Shown: positions 16,640 through 26,133 of the stretch, piece by piece
Position numbering within the stretch: position 1 is the first letter of the stretch
How the letters are laid out: the number at the start of each line of letters is the position of its first letter
IMG/VR virus record: IMGVR_UViG_3300024344_000002
Span: 1 to 64,000 of that record
DNA: 64,000 bases
Reading direction: 5' to 3' (one strand)
DNA from: a virus
Translations under genes and position numbers: made by a program
Notes under the pieces: model-generated
Databases searched by the model: none
What the model was told of the DNA's origin: nothing
What the model saw: the letters and a program-made list of their open reading frames with translations, nothing else

Positions 16640-19600
16640 ATGGCTCTAGTAATAAAAGATAGAGTAAAAGAAACGACTACCACTACTGGTACTGGCACAA
16701 TTAATCTTGCTGGTGCTGCTAGTGGTTTTCAATCGTTTGTTAGTGGAGTTGGAGATGGTAATACTACATACTATGTTATCGAAGACGCTAATGGTACTGC
16801 ATGGGAAGTTGGCATCGGAACGATTACAGATGCTTCTCCAGACACACTTGCTCGAACCACTGTGCTTGCTAGTACAAATAGTAATAGCCAAATAAACCTA
16901 TCTTCTGGTACACACACTGTTTTTGGTACTTATCCTGCTGGCAAAGCTGTATATCTAGATGCTAGTGGTAATTTATCTCATACCGTAGCTTTAACAACAG
17001 ACACTAGCGGAAATTATGTTGCTACTATCACTGGTGGAACTGGCATAACGTCAACAGGAGCTACTAGTGGAGAAGGAATTGCGCACAGCTTAAGTGTAGA
17101 CGCTTCTCAGACACAAATTACTGCGGTTGGAACTATTGCTACTGGTACTTGGCAAGGAACCGCTATAGCTCAGGCTTATATAGCAAACGATGCTATCAAT
17201 GGCGATAAGATTGCTGATGACGCTGTTAATAGTGAACATTATGCCGCAGGTTCTATTGACGAAGAGCATTTAAATGCTACCAATACTCCTACTGACAATT
17301 ACGTTTTATCATACGATGATGCTAGTGGTGGATTCACTTGGGTCGCTGCTGGAGCTGGTGAAGCTAACGAATATTCTTTCAAAACTATATCAGTATCAGG
17401 GCAAGACGATGTTGTAGCGGACACTACAACCGACACTTTAACACTGACTGCTGGTTCTAATGTTACCATTACCACAACCGCTGCTAGTGACACCGTAACG
17501 ATAGCGGCTACCGACACTAATACACAGTTATCTCAGGAACAAGTAGAAGACTTTGTAGGTGGAATGCTTGGAGGAACGGAAACTCTTATCACCGTTACCT
17601 ATCAAGATGGTACTGGAGATATCGACTTCGTAGTTGATAATGATCTTTCTAACTATGATAACTCTTCTTCTGGTTTCATTACAGCTACTCTTACAGAGGA
17701 GCAAGTAGAAGATTTTGTTGGCGGTATGTTAGGGGGAACAGAGACTGGTATTACCGTCACCTATCAAGATGGCACTGGCGATATAGACTTTGTTGTCTCA
17801 GATACAACGGTAGCGGGCGATAGTGGTTCTACTGGCATAACTCCCGGCGACACTTTAACAATTGCTGGTGGGACTAACGTTACTACAGCTATGTCTGGTG
17901 ACACTTTAACAATCACAGCTACTGACAACAACACAACTTATACCGGCGGAACAAATCTAACGCTAGATGGAACCACCTTTAATGTAGATGATGCTTTTCT
18001 CAAAAATGATGCTAGTGACAGTACCACGGGTACAATTACCGCCGGTGGCTTTACTACTGCTGGCACTCTTACTGTAGATAGTGTTGGTATTTCTACCATT
18101 CAAAGTTCTGGTGAATCGTTTGCTGATAACGACACAAGTTTAATGACTTCTGCGGCCATTGATGACAGAATCAATTCTGCTGTAGCCAATGAAGACACTT
18201 TAGCTGAACTTAACGATACGAATATATCATCTGCTGCTGCTGGTCATTTGATTATTTATGACAACACCGCGTCTGTGTGGGATAATGCCGCCTTAACTGC
18301 TGGCAGTAATATCAGTATAACAAACGGTGATGGTTCTATTACTATTGCGGCTACTGATACCAATACCCAACTCACCACAGAACAAGTCGAAGACATTGTA
18401 GGTGGCATGGTAGCTGGAAACACAGAGACCGGAATTACAGTCACCTATGAAGATGGTGATGGTACTTTGGACTTTGTTGTTGGTACGCTTAATCAAGATA
18501 CTACCGGAAATGCAGCTACGGCTACAGCTTTGGAAACTGCCAGAACGATTAATGGAACTTCCTTTGATGGCACTGCAAACATAACCATAACTGCGGCAGG
18601 TAGCACTTTGTCTGATACTGTTACGGTTGCTAAAGGTGGTACTGGAGCAACCTCTCTTACCGATGGCGGTATCCTCTTGGGTAGTGGCACGGATGCTATT
18701 ACTGCAACAGCAGTTTTGGCAAATGGAGAGTTGCTGATTGGTGATAACTCTACAGATCCTACAGTTGCCACGCTGACGGCGGGTTCTAATGTTACCATTA
18801 CAAATGGTGCAGGCTCTATCACAATTGCTTCTACTGATACCAATACACAGCTTACTACAGAGCAAGTTCAAGATATAGCTGGAGGCATGTTCAGTAGTAA
18901 TACTGAGACTCTTATAACTGCTACATATCAAGATGCTGATGGCACTGTTGACTTAGTAGTAGACAACGATTTGTCAAATTATGATAACTCATCCTCTGGT
19001 TTTATAACTGCAACTTTGACTACCGAACAGGTTCAAGACATAGTTGGCGGAATGGTCACTGGCAATACAGAAACCGGGATTGCCGTTACCTATGAAGATG
19101 GAGATGGAACCTTAGATTTTGTCGTCGGGACTCTTAACCAAGACACGACTGGAAATGCAGCTACGGCTACAGCATTAGAAACGGCGAGAACTATTAATGG
19201 TACGTCTTTTGATGGTACTGCTAATATAACTGTAACCGCCGCTGGCTCAACGTTGTCTGACACAGTTACTGTTGCAAAAGGTGGCACTGGACAGACAAGC
19301 TACACAAACGGTCAATTGCTAATTGGTAATACGACTGGTAATACTTTGGCCAAGTCTACACTAACCGCTGGTTCTAATGTCACTATTACTAACGGAACTG
19401 GCAGCATTACTATTGCTGCTGATAATGACAACACTCAGCTGTCAGAAGAACAGGTCGAAGACTTTGTTGGAGGTATGGTTACAGGAAATACTGAAACTGG
19501 TATTGCTGTAACTTATGAAGACGGTGATGGAACACTAGACTTTGTTGTTTCTGACACAACAGTTGCTGGAGACAGTGGTTCTACAGGTATAACACCCGGT

Positions 19601-20143
19601 GACACGCTTACCATCGCTGGAGGCACAAATGCAACCACCGCAATGAGTGGAGATACTCTTACAGTTAATGTAGATGATGCTTTCCTAAAAAACAATGCTG
19701 ACGACACTACTAGCGGCACTGTTACTATGGCTAATCTCATAATTGGAGATGGTGGAAACATTGGATCTGCTAGTGATACAGACGCAGTGGCTATATCTGC
19801 TGGTGGAGTTGTTACTTTAGCTACAGCTCTTAAGACTACTCTTAAGTCAAATACTGATGCGTCTACTGTGACATTTGATCTAAATGTAGCTAACACACAC
19901 ACAGTTACTCTAGGCGACAATAGAACCTTAGCTATATCAAATGAAACTGCTGGACAAAAGTTTATTATTAATCTGGTCCAAGACGGAACTGGTAGCCGAA
20001 CAGTAACTTGGTTTGGCACAATCAAATGGGCTGGTGGATCTGCTCCAACCTTAACTACAACTGCTGACAAAGCAGATAGTTTTGGATTTTTATGTACAGG
20101 ATCAGATGCTTATTATGGCTTTGTTATAGGTCAAAACATATAA
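16640..20143 (+). CDS. long Thr/Gly/Asp-rich fibre protein built from shuffled repeats
   Basis: N-terminal DRVKETTTTTGTG...WEVGIGT; six EQV(E/Q)D.xGGM modules; ARTINGTSFDGTANI; C-terminal QDGTGSRTVTW domain. Confidence 0.8.
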   Translation: MALVIKDRVKETTTTTGTGTINLAGAASGFQSFVSGVGDGNTTYYVIEDANGTAWEVGIGTITDASPDTLARTTVLASTNSNSQINLSSGTHTVFGTYPAGKAVYLDASGNLSHTVALTTDTSGNYVATITGGTGITSTGATSGEGIAHSLSVDASQTQITAVGTIATGTWQGTAIAQAYIANDAINGDKIADDAVNSEHYAAGSIDEEHLNATNTPTDNYVLSYDDASGGFTWVAAGAGEANEYSFKTISVSGQDDVVADTTTDTLTLTAGSNVTITTTAASDTVTIAATDTNTQLSQEQVEDFVGGMLGGTETLITVTYQDGTGDIDFVVDNDLSNYDNSSSGFITATLTEEQVEDFVGGMLGGTETGITVTYQDGTGDIDFVVSDTTVAGDSGSTGITPGDTLTIAGGTNVTTAMSGDTLTITATDNNTTYTGGTNLTLDGTTFNVDDAFLKNDASDSTTGTITAGGFTTAGTLTVDSVGISTIQSSGESFADNDTSLMTSAAIDDRINSAVANEDTLAELNDTNISSAAAGHLIIYDNTASVWDNAALTAGSNISITNGDGSITIAATDTNTQLTTEQVEDIVGGMVAGNTETGITVTYEDGDGTLDFVVGTLNQDTTGNAATATALETARTINGTSFDGTANITITAAGSTLSDTVTVAKGGTGATSLTDGGILLGSGTDAITATAVLANGELLIGDNSTDPTVATLTAGSNVTITNGAGSITIASTDTNTQLTTEQVQDIAGGMFSSNTETLITATYQDADGTVDLVVDNDLSNYDNSSSGFITATLTTEQVQDIVGGMVTGNTETGIAVTYEDGDGTLDFVVGTLNQDTTGNAATATALETARTINGTSFDGTANITVTAAGSTLSDTVTVAKGGTGQTSYTNGQLLIGNTTGNTLAKSTLTAGSNVTITNGTGSITIAADNDNTQLSEEQVEDFVGGMVTGNTETGIAVTYEDGDGTLDFVVSDTTVAGDSGSTGITPGDTLTIAGGTNATTAMSGDTLTVNVDDAFLKNNADDTTSGTVTMANLIIGDGGNIGSASDTDAVAISAGGVVTLATALKTTLKSNTDASTVTFDLNVANTHTVTLGDNRTLAISNETAGQKFIINLVQDGTGSRTVTWFGTIKWAGGSAPTLTTTADKADSFGFLCTGSDAYYGFVIGQNI

Positions 20144-20144
20144 G

Positions 20145-20783
20145 ATGAAACCTAAAAAGTGTGCTTTAGTAAGCACGCCTAGAGCGGGTACACATTATTT
20201 AAGAATGAGTTTGGACAACCATCCAAAAGTTAGATGGGGAGGAGAACTTTTTAGACCAGAAGTAAAGTGGTCAAAAGAAGAAGAGGAAATAAGAAGTTAT
20301 ATCTATGACGATGTATCTTTTGAAAATATAAATAGCTTTAATTATATTGGTTTTGTTTGGCATTTGTGTCTTGAGAGCGATTTATCGCCATCTAATGTAG
20401 ACAAGTTCATTTTATTAAAAAGGAGAAACAGTTTACTTCAAATGGCATCACTTCTTATAGCAAGTGAAACTGGTAATTGGAGAGACACTAAAGCGACCGA
20501 AAAAATAAAGCTAAATATAGCACAACTGGAATGGTTTATAGAACGTCAAGAAAACTATTACAAAAACTTTGAAAGTTGGCAAGTAGAACACAAAGTAGTT
20601 TTTTATGAAGATCTTTGTAATTCGTTTGAAGAAACAATAAGATCAATACAAGAATACTTGGAATTGGACTACTGTAGGTTAGAACCTGCTAAACTAATAA
20701 AACAGGAAACAAGACCGCTACAAAAAATTATATCCAACTACGAGGAAGTCAAATGGATTTTGCAAGATATGAATTTACTTTGA
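20145..20783 (+). CDS. Stf0-like sulfotransferase
   Basis: STPRAGTHYL..L..HP, LKRRN.L.Q..S, FYEDL, KQ..RPL...ISNYEEV. Confidence 0.75.
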   Translation: MKPKKCALVSTPRAGTHYLRMSLDNHPKVRWGGELFRPEVKWSKEEEEIRSYIYDDVSFENINSFNYIGFVWHLCLESDLSPSNVDKFILLKRRNSLLQMASLLIASETGNWRDTKATEKIKLNIAQLEWFIERQENYYKNFESWQVEHKVVFYEDLCNSFEETIRSIQEYLELDYCRLEPAKLIKQETRPLQKIISNYEEVKWILQDMNLL

Positions 20784-21373
20784 ATTGCGATCATCCTGAG
20801 TGGTTAACAGATATAAGACATATAAATATTATATATGAATTTTTGATGGCAAATGATTTCCAAAGAGTCCTTGAAATAGGTTCGTATTCTGGGGTTTCGA
20901 CTGCTGCTTTTATTGAAGCTATGAATCAAGGTAAAGATTTCAAGTTTCATATCTCTGAGCCTAACCCGACAAGACAATTACAAGCTTTGATTTCGATGTG
21001 CAAAAAGCCCGATAATATTATTCTGCACACACAGTCAGGTGAAGATGTTTTGAGCTACTGGAGAGACTTTAACTTTGTTTTTGTAGACGGTAGTCATGAT
21101 TTAGAAGGCGCTGGTGCAGAACTGTTAATGATTCTCAGACATAGTATTCCAAACGTTATGGCTCACGATACAAACCTTTCTGAAATAAAAAGCGACTATT
21201 GTGGAAGAGGTACTGAGCTACTATCTAGAGTATTTAAGTCACATAAAGATTACTACTGGATAGAAGATAAAAAAGAAAGACCCAACGAAAGAACAGATAG
21301 AGGATTTTTGTTTGCAACTAGAGAAAAAGAGAAATACAACAAAACAACAAAGATATTTGAAAAGCTATGTTAA
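20753..21373 (+). CDS. class I SAM-dependent methyltransferase (Methyltransf_24-like)
   Basis: VLEIGSYSGVST, FVFVDGSH, AHD. Confidence 0.8.
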   Translation: MDFARYEFTLNCDHPEWLTDIRHINIIYEFLMANDFQRVLEIGSYSGVSTAAFIEAMNQGKDFKFHISEPNPTRQLQALISMCKKPDNIILHTQSGEDVLSYWRDFNFVFVDGSHDLEGAGAELLMILRHSIPNVMAHDTNLSEIKSDYCGRGTELLSRVFKSHKDYYWIEDKKERPNERTDRGFLFATREKEKYNKTTKIFEKLC

Positions 21374-22047
21374 TATATTTGACTGATATTAAACAGATGC
21401 CTAAGTGGACTAAAATACACGGAACTTTAGAGGAGATTTTTGACTACGGCTCTAAACAAGGACATAAAGATATACAACACTTAAAACTTTTTGGTCTTCA
21501 TAAAGATGAAAAGCGAGATGTAAGACATAACATTTATCATCCGATAGATTACGTTTCTCATAATGTTAGGACAGTGATAGGAGAGTTTGACTCAATAGAA
21601 CACTTAGATAAATTTAGACCAGATAATTCAAGAGTAGTAAGGGAACTAGATAGAGAAAATAATGTCTCTATAATGAAAGTAAAATTTCCAATAATGCAAC
21701 AGAAGCATAAAGATTATTGCGATGATGCATATACAAATAAACTATTTAACAAATTAAGTAAAGACGAAAGAATACTTTTTTGTTATGTGACAACTAGCGG
21801 AAAGGGCATAAGGTTCGGTTTTAAGTTAAACGAAAGAGTAGAGAGTGATTTGGAGTACATTTCAAATTACTACTTTTACGGTAAGGAGTTCTTAAAGCAC
21901 GATGAGGAAAACAGGTTTGGCATTGAGCATAATGCTAGTAGTACAGGTAGTTTTTATGAGCTTGGCAATGTCGCTAGCGTATATTGGTTCTTACCTAATA
22001 CAGATAAGTGGCATGTTAGAAACTCTGTAGAACTTAAAAAATTATAA
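21367..22047 (+). CDS. hypothetical protein, weak VirE-N/BT4734-like (AEP-related) similarity
   Basis: VIGEFDSI...ILFCYVTTSGKGIRFGF resembles the (F)xSPSGxGxK motif. Confidence 0.4.
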   Translation: MLIYLTDIKQMPKWTKIHGTLEEIFDYGSKQGHKDIQHLKLFGLHKDEKRDVRHNIYHPIDYVSHNVRTVIGEFDSIEHLDKFRPDNSRVVRELDRENNVSIMKVKFPIMQQKHKDYCDDAYTNKLFNKLSKDERILFCYVTTSGKGIRFGFKLNERVESDLEYISNYYFYGKEFLKHDEENRFGIEHNASSTGSFYELGNVASVYWFLPNTDKWHVRNSVELKKL

Positions 22048-22634
22048 TGGATTATAAATTTACGGAAGATTGGTTTTCTGAAAACAACCCAGAAAAAGTA
22101 GTTCGTCAATTTGACGAGTTTTTATCTGAGTTCAAGGATAAACCTTCGACATTTCTTGAGATTGGATCTTTCGAGGGGATGTCAACTATATGGATGTTAG
22201 AAAATATACTAACAAACAAAGAGTCAAGACTTTTTTGTATTGATGCTTGGGCTGAATGGACTGAAGATGCCTTTGTAAGATTTGTAGAAAATATAAATAA
22301 AACAGGACTTAAAGACAAAGTCCGTATTGTCAAAGGAGATTCTTCAGAGGAGTTAAGAATATTTCCAAAAGAATACTTTGATTTCATCTATGTAGATGGA
22401 GATCATGACGAAAAGGCTGTTATCAAAGATGTGATAGGATCTTTTAGAGTTTTGAAAAAGGGAGGAATAATAGCTTTTGACGATTATTTATTAGGAATAA
22501 GGTATCCAAATAGTCCCGGATCAAAGGCTATGAATGGGTCAACAAAAAAAGCAATTGATTATTTTCTTGATGTATTTCAAGATGAACTTGAAATTATACA
22601 CAAAGATTATCAGGTGTGGATCAGAAAGAAATGA
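22047..22634 (+). CDS. class I SAM-dependent methyltransferase (Methyltransf_24-like)
   Basis: FTEDWF, FLEIGSFEGMST, FDFIYVDGDH, LKKGGIIAFDDY. Confidence 0.88.
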   Translation: MDYKFTEDWFSENNPEKVVRQFDEFLSEFKDKPSTFLEIGSFEGMSTIWMLENILTNKESRLFCIDAWAEWTEDAFVRFVENINKTGLKDKVRIVKGDSSEELRIFPKEYFDFIYVDGDHDEKAVIKDVIGSFRVLKKGGIIAFDDYLLGIRYPNSPGSKAMNGSTKKAIDYFLDVFQDELEIIHKDYQVWIRKK

Positions 22635-23395
22635 AGATAGCAATAGCACAACTATATACAGAAAGTCTTGACGATTGGGCTTATATAGCCGTAGATAATA
22701 AACAAAAATACTGTAGACTGCATGGATATGACTTAGTCAATAGAAGAGGACTTTATAATACTAAGCTTGATGTAAGACATCCTAGTTGGCATAGCGTCAA
22801 ATTAATATTAGAAATTTTAGAAACTTCAAATGTGGATTGGGTTTTTTGGTCTGATGTGGATGCGTTAGTAATGGATTACACGGTAAAGCTAGAAAGCTTT
22901 ATTAAACCTAAATATGATATGGTAATACCAGATCAAGGACAGGGGGAATACTGCGGAATAAAAACTAACAGTTGTCTTTGTTGCGGTCACTACTTTGTAA
23001 AAAACACAGAGTGGTCAAAACAATTTTTAAAAACTCTTTGGCGATGGCCACAGGGAGAATTTGAAAAATATAAAGAAGAGAACTATTGGGAGCAATGTGG
23101 CATGAACTATCTCTATAATAAAAATGAGATGGATTTTGATAAACATGTTTATATAGAGTCAAGAAACAGAGCATTTAACTCATTTTATTACCAGACAAAA
23201 GATGGAGATCCAATGGAGTTTTGTCAATGGGGTGAGGGATGGTTCAGAACAGAAAAATCACAAAAAGCTTTGGATGATGGCTTGGGGTCTTCCTATGTTA
23301 AAGGTGATTTCATAGTTCATTTTGCAGGAGCGCATTGCATCCCTCAAAGAAAAGAACTCATGGAAAAATATTCAGAGAAAGTAAAATGGAACTAA
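22631..23395 (+). CDS. glycosyltransferase family 34 (GMA12/MNN10-like)
   Basis: NKQKYCRLHGY, PSWHSVK, WVFWSDVDA (DxD), WEQ, GDFIVHFAG; ATGA overlap with the upstream gene. Confidence 0.82.
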   Translation: MKIAIAQLYTESLDDWAYIAVDNKQKYCRLHGYDLVNRRGLYNTKLDVRHPSWHSVKLILEILETSNVDWVFWSDVDALVMDYTVKLESFIKPKYDMVIPDQGQGEYCGIKTNSCLCCGHYFVKNTEWSKQFLKTLWRWPQGEFEKYKEENYWEQCGMNYLYNKNEMDFDKHVYIESRNRAFNSFYYQTKDGDPMEFCQWGEGWFRTEKSQKALDDGLGSSYVKGDFIVHFAGAHCIPQRKELMEKYSEKVKWN

Positions 23396-24213
23396 TAGTA
23401 AAAATTAAATCCGATGGGTCTAACCCGCGATATCAAGACGGCGACGTAGTTGATGCCATGTCTCTTGATCGTATTTATTTAGCTCATGCAGAGATGATAT
23501 GCCATCCTAATAACTTTGGTTTTAATACTAATGGGACTAGAGACTTAAATACTTTATTTCAGAAGTTTCAAGAGGCTACTCATATTTATAAGTTTGAGAG
23601 AGTTAATAGCAATGATGTTAAAAGAACTAATCTATTAACTAGTGAAGAAGATATTCTTAACACTATCCCAAATGCAGACGGCGAGGCTATCAATGCATAC
23701 AAATATATATCTAGGAGACTTAAAAGCCCTAGACACAAAATATTTGGGCCTAGTGGTAGTGAAATATGGTATGGCAAAATGAGAAGTGACGCTGAGGTTT
23801 TTATTCCAGTAGTTTGGAATCATATAGAGACCGAAAGCGATAATTTGCAAAGTGGTCATAATAGCTGGCCTTTTACAGACCTAGAAAAAAGACATTTTAT
23901 CTGCATTAACACTTCGGGAAGAAACTATGATGGCGATTCCTTTACTAGAGTTGAACTTTCTGGAGATACAGTCACCACTAGGGCTTTACCTGCTGTAGAA
24001 GATCCTCCAGAAGATCCCTCAGAAGATTATAGCCCTGTTATTCTAGCTAAAAGAAAGTGGTTTGTTCCATATTGGGACTTAAGCACAGAGCTTGGAAGTT
24101 CTGTAGATGATTTAAGAAATCCAGATCATATGTGTGATTGTAGAAAAGCAATGGACGAAAGAGAGCATATTGATATTTTGACTTATGACAAAGTCTCAGA
24201 AGGAGTATTGTAA
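23386..24213 (+). CDS. hypothetical (probably virion-associated) protein
   Basis: ORF coupled to both neighbours; ATG at 23386 (track start 23335). Confidence 0.6.
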   Translation: MELIVKIKSDGSNPRYQDGDVVDAMSLDRIYLAHAEMICHPNNFGFNTNGTRDLNTLFQKFQEATHIYKFERVNSNDVKRTNLLTSEEDILNTIPNADGEAINAYKYISRRLKSPRHKIFGPSGSEIWYGKMRSDAEVFIPVVWNHIETESDNLQSGHNSWPFTDLEKRHFICINTSGRNYDGDSFTRVELSGDTVTTRALPAVEDPPEDPSEDYSPVILAKRKWFVPYWDLSTELGSSVDDLRNPDHMCDCRKAMDEREHIDILTYDKVSEGVL

Positions 24214-25334
24214 TGGCTACCGTAACAAAAAGTATAGGAACAAGCTCCAGAGATTACTCTACTATTAATGCATGGGAAGCAGATTTAAATAGCGGTACTA
24301 TATATTCAAACGGAGATACTGCTGTTGGTGAAATGTATGCAGACTCTACTTTTACAGGTGCTACTAGCACTATAGAAAACGGAAGTGCGATAGGTGGTAG
24401 CTCTGGACATGATCTTGCATTAATTAAGCTCACCGTCCATGCAGACAGTAGGCATGATGGAACAGCGGAGAGTGGAGCGTTATTAAAACCGACAGCTGAT
24501 TCTGGTCATAACCAAGGCATTATTAGAATAAATGTAGATAATGTAATAGTTGAATGGTTAGATATAAGCTTAGACAGTTTAGACTCTAAGAATACTAATA
24601 AGGCAATAGTCCTTACGGGGACTAACGATGATTGCATTCTTAGGAATATACTGATTCATGACAAAGGAGGAAACCCCGGAGGTACTGGCCCATTCATGAT
24701 CCATCTACTCGGAGCAGGTGCTTCTAGTGATACGCTGACTATTCAGAATAATATTATCTATAACATAGTTGAAGGTAGCGGCGATAATGCCGCCGCCATG
24801 CTTTTAAATCTATGGGCTGGTACTGTGAATGTATATAACAATACCATATATAATATAGAATCTCAGGGTGGTTCTAAAGTAGCTATTGGAATTAGAAGCG
24901 CCCACACTAGCGGTTCTACATCAAATGTTAAAAACAATATAGTCGCAAAACTAGTTTCCGCAGCATCAAATGGAGAAAGAGCTTTTGAGGATGGAATAGC
25001 CAATGGGAGTGCTGGAACTTTCAATGAAGCTTATAACCTGTCAGATGACACGTCGGCAACCGCATACGATGCCCGTGGAACAGGGTCTCTCGCAAATAAA
25101 ACACTAGCTGAAATAAGTTTTGTTTCAACTACTGGCGGCTCAGAAGATCTTCATATAGATGCAGATTCGGATTGCGTGGACGCTGGAGTAGACTTAGGAA
25201 CTACTAACGGCGTAGAGATAGATATTAATGGGAGAAACAGAGACTCCAATGGAGACACTTGGGATATTGGCGCACATGAGTTTGTAGCAGATGCTGACAC
25301 TACTGGCGCTGCATTCATTATGTTTGTGGACTAA
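24213..25334 (+). CDS. right-handed beta-helix (pectin-lyase-like) spike/fibre protein
   Basis: DYSTINAWEAD, repeated IQNNIIY/VYNNTIY/VKNNIV strands, DLHI..DS.CVDAG...WDIGAHEF. Confidence 0.7.
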   Translation: MATVTKSIGTSSRDYSTINAWEADLNSGTIYSNGDTAVGEMYADSTFTGATSTIENGSAIGGSSGHDLALIKLTVHADSRHDGTAESGALLKPTADSGHNQGIIRINVDNVIVEWLDISLDSLDSKNTNKAIVLTGTNDDCILRNILIHDKGGNPGGTGPFMIHLLGAGASSDTLTIQNNIIYNIVEGSGDNAAAMLLNLWAGTVNVYNNTIYNIESQGGSKVAIGIRSAHTSGSTSNVKNNIVAKLVSAASNGERAFEDGIANGSAGTFNEAYNLSDDTSATAYDARGTGSLANKTLAEISFVSTTGGSEDLHIDADSDCVDAGVDLGTTNGVEIDINGRNRDSNGDTWDIGAHEFVADADTTGAAFIMFVD

Positions 25335-26132
25335 ATGGAAAAAAATATAACCATAATAATACAAGGGCCTCTTTGCGAAGATGGATTAAGACCAATAAAG
25401 CATTATCAAAGCTTTGGTAATGTGGTCGTTTCTTGCTGGAATACAGATCAACCTCACCTAACCACTAAAATACCTAAAGAAGCTAGACTTGCTATAAACA
25501 AATACAAGCAAAATATTGGCTATAATTTTCAAAACATAAAATATCAAATACAAACAACACTTGCGGGCTTAGACCTTTGCAAAACAGGATATGCAATCAA
25601 AGTAAGATCAGATGAGTATTTTACAGACATATTTAAAATTGTTGAGTCTATAAAAGAAAACCCAGACAAGCTTACTGTCTCAAACTTCTTTTTTAGAAAA
25701 GATGTTCTTTTCCATCCGTCAGATCATATTATTGGGGGAAAGGCTGAAAACATAAGGCATATGTTTGAAAATGCTCTTGAGTTCATAAAAGACTTTGAAG
25801 CAAACCAAATAGTCACTATAGAAGAAATTGGATTAGATAGAGCCTACACTTTTTCTGTTTTAACTGCCGAGATAGTATTTTGTTTGTCTTACTTAAAAAG
25901 TAAGGGAGTTGATGTAATATCTGATGTTAAGGGAATGAAGCCAGAAGAAGTGTATATATATCATAGAGAGATTGTCAAGGAAAACTACTCACTTGTAAGA
26001 GCTTCAGACTTAGGCCATTTTTTGATGAGGTTTAAGAGCAACCCGAACCCATATGGGCCTACAGCTTTTACTAACGAAGACGACTTTTTAGGATATGAAA
26101 TCGGTTCAATAAAATCCTTAGAAGAGTTGTAA
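25335..26132 (+). CDS. WavE-like lipopolysaccharide/glycan synthesis protein
   Basis: ITIIIQGP, VVSCW, NIKYQIQTTLAGL, AIKVRSD, FHPSDHIIGG. Confidence 0.7.
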   Translation: MEKNITIIIQGPLCEDGLRPIKHYQSFGNVVVSCWNTDQPHLTTKIPKEARLAINKYKQNIGYNFQNIKYQIQTTLAGLDLCKTGYAIKVRSDEYFTDIFKIVESIKENPDKLTVSNFFFRKDVLFHPSDHIIGGKAENIRHMFENALEFIKDFEANQIVTIEEIGLDRAYTFSVLTAEIVFCLSYLKSKGVDVISDVKGMKPEEVYIYHREIVKENYSLVRASDLGHFLMRFKSNPNPYGPTAFTNEDDFLGYEIGSIKSLEEL

Positions 26133-26133
26133 T

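Noticed and set aside
17500-19700. Direct DNA repeats (e.g. GGAAATGCAGCTACGGCTACAGC at ~18506 and 19151) as a CRISPR array or DGR template/variable pair
   Set aside because: In-frame coding modules with synonymous differences, not regular repeat-spacer units; differences are not adenine-specific and no cas or reverse transcriptase gene is present
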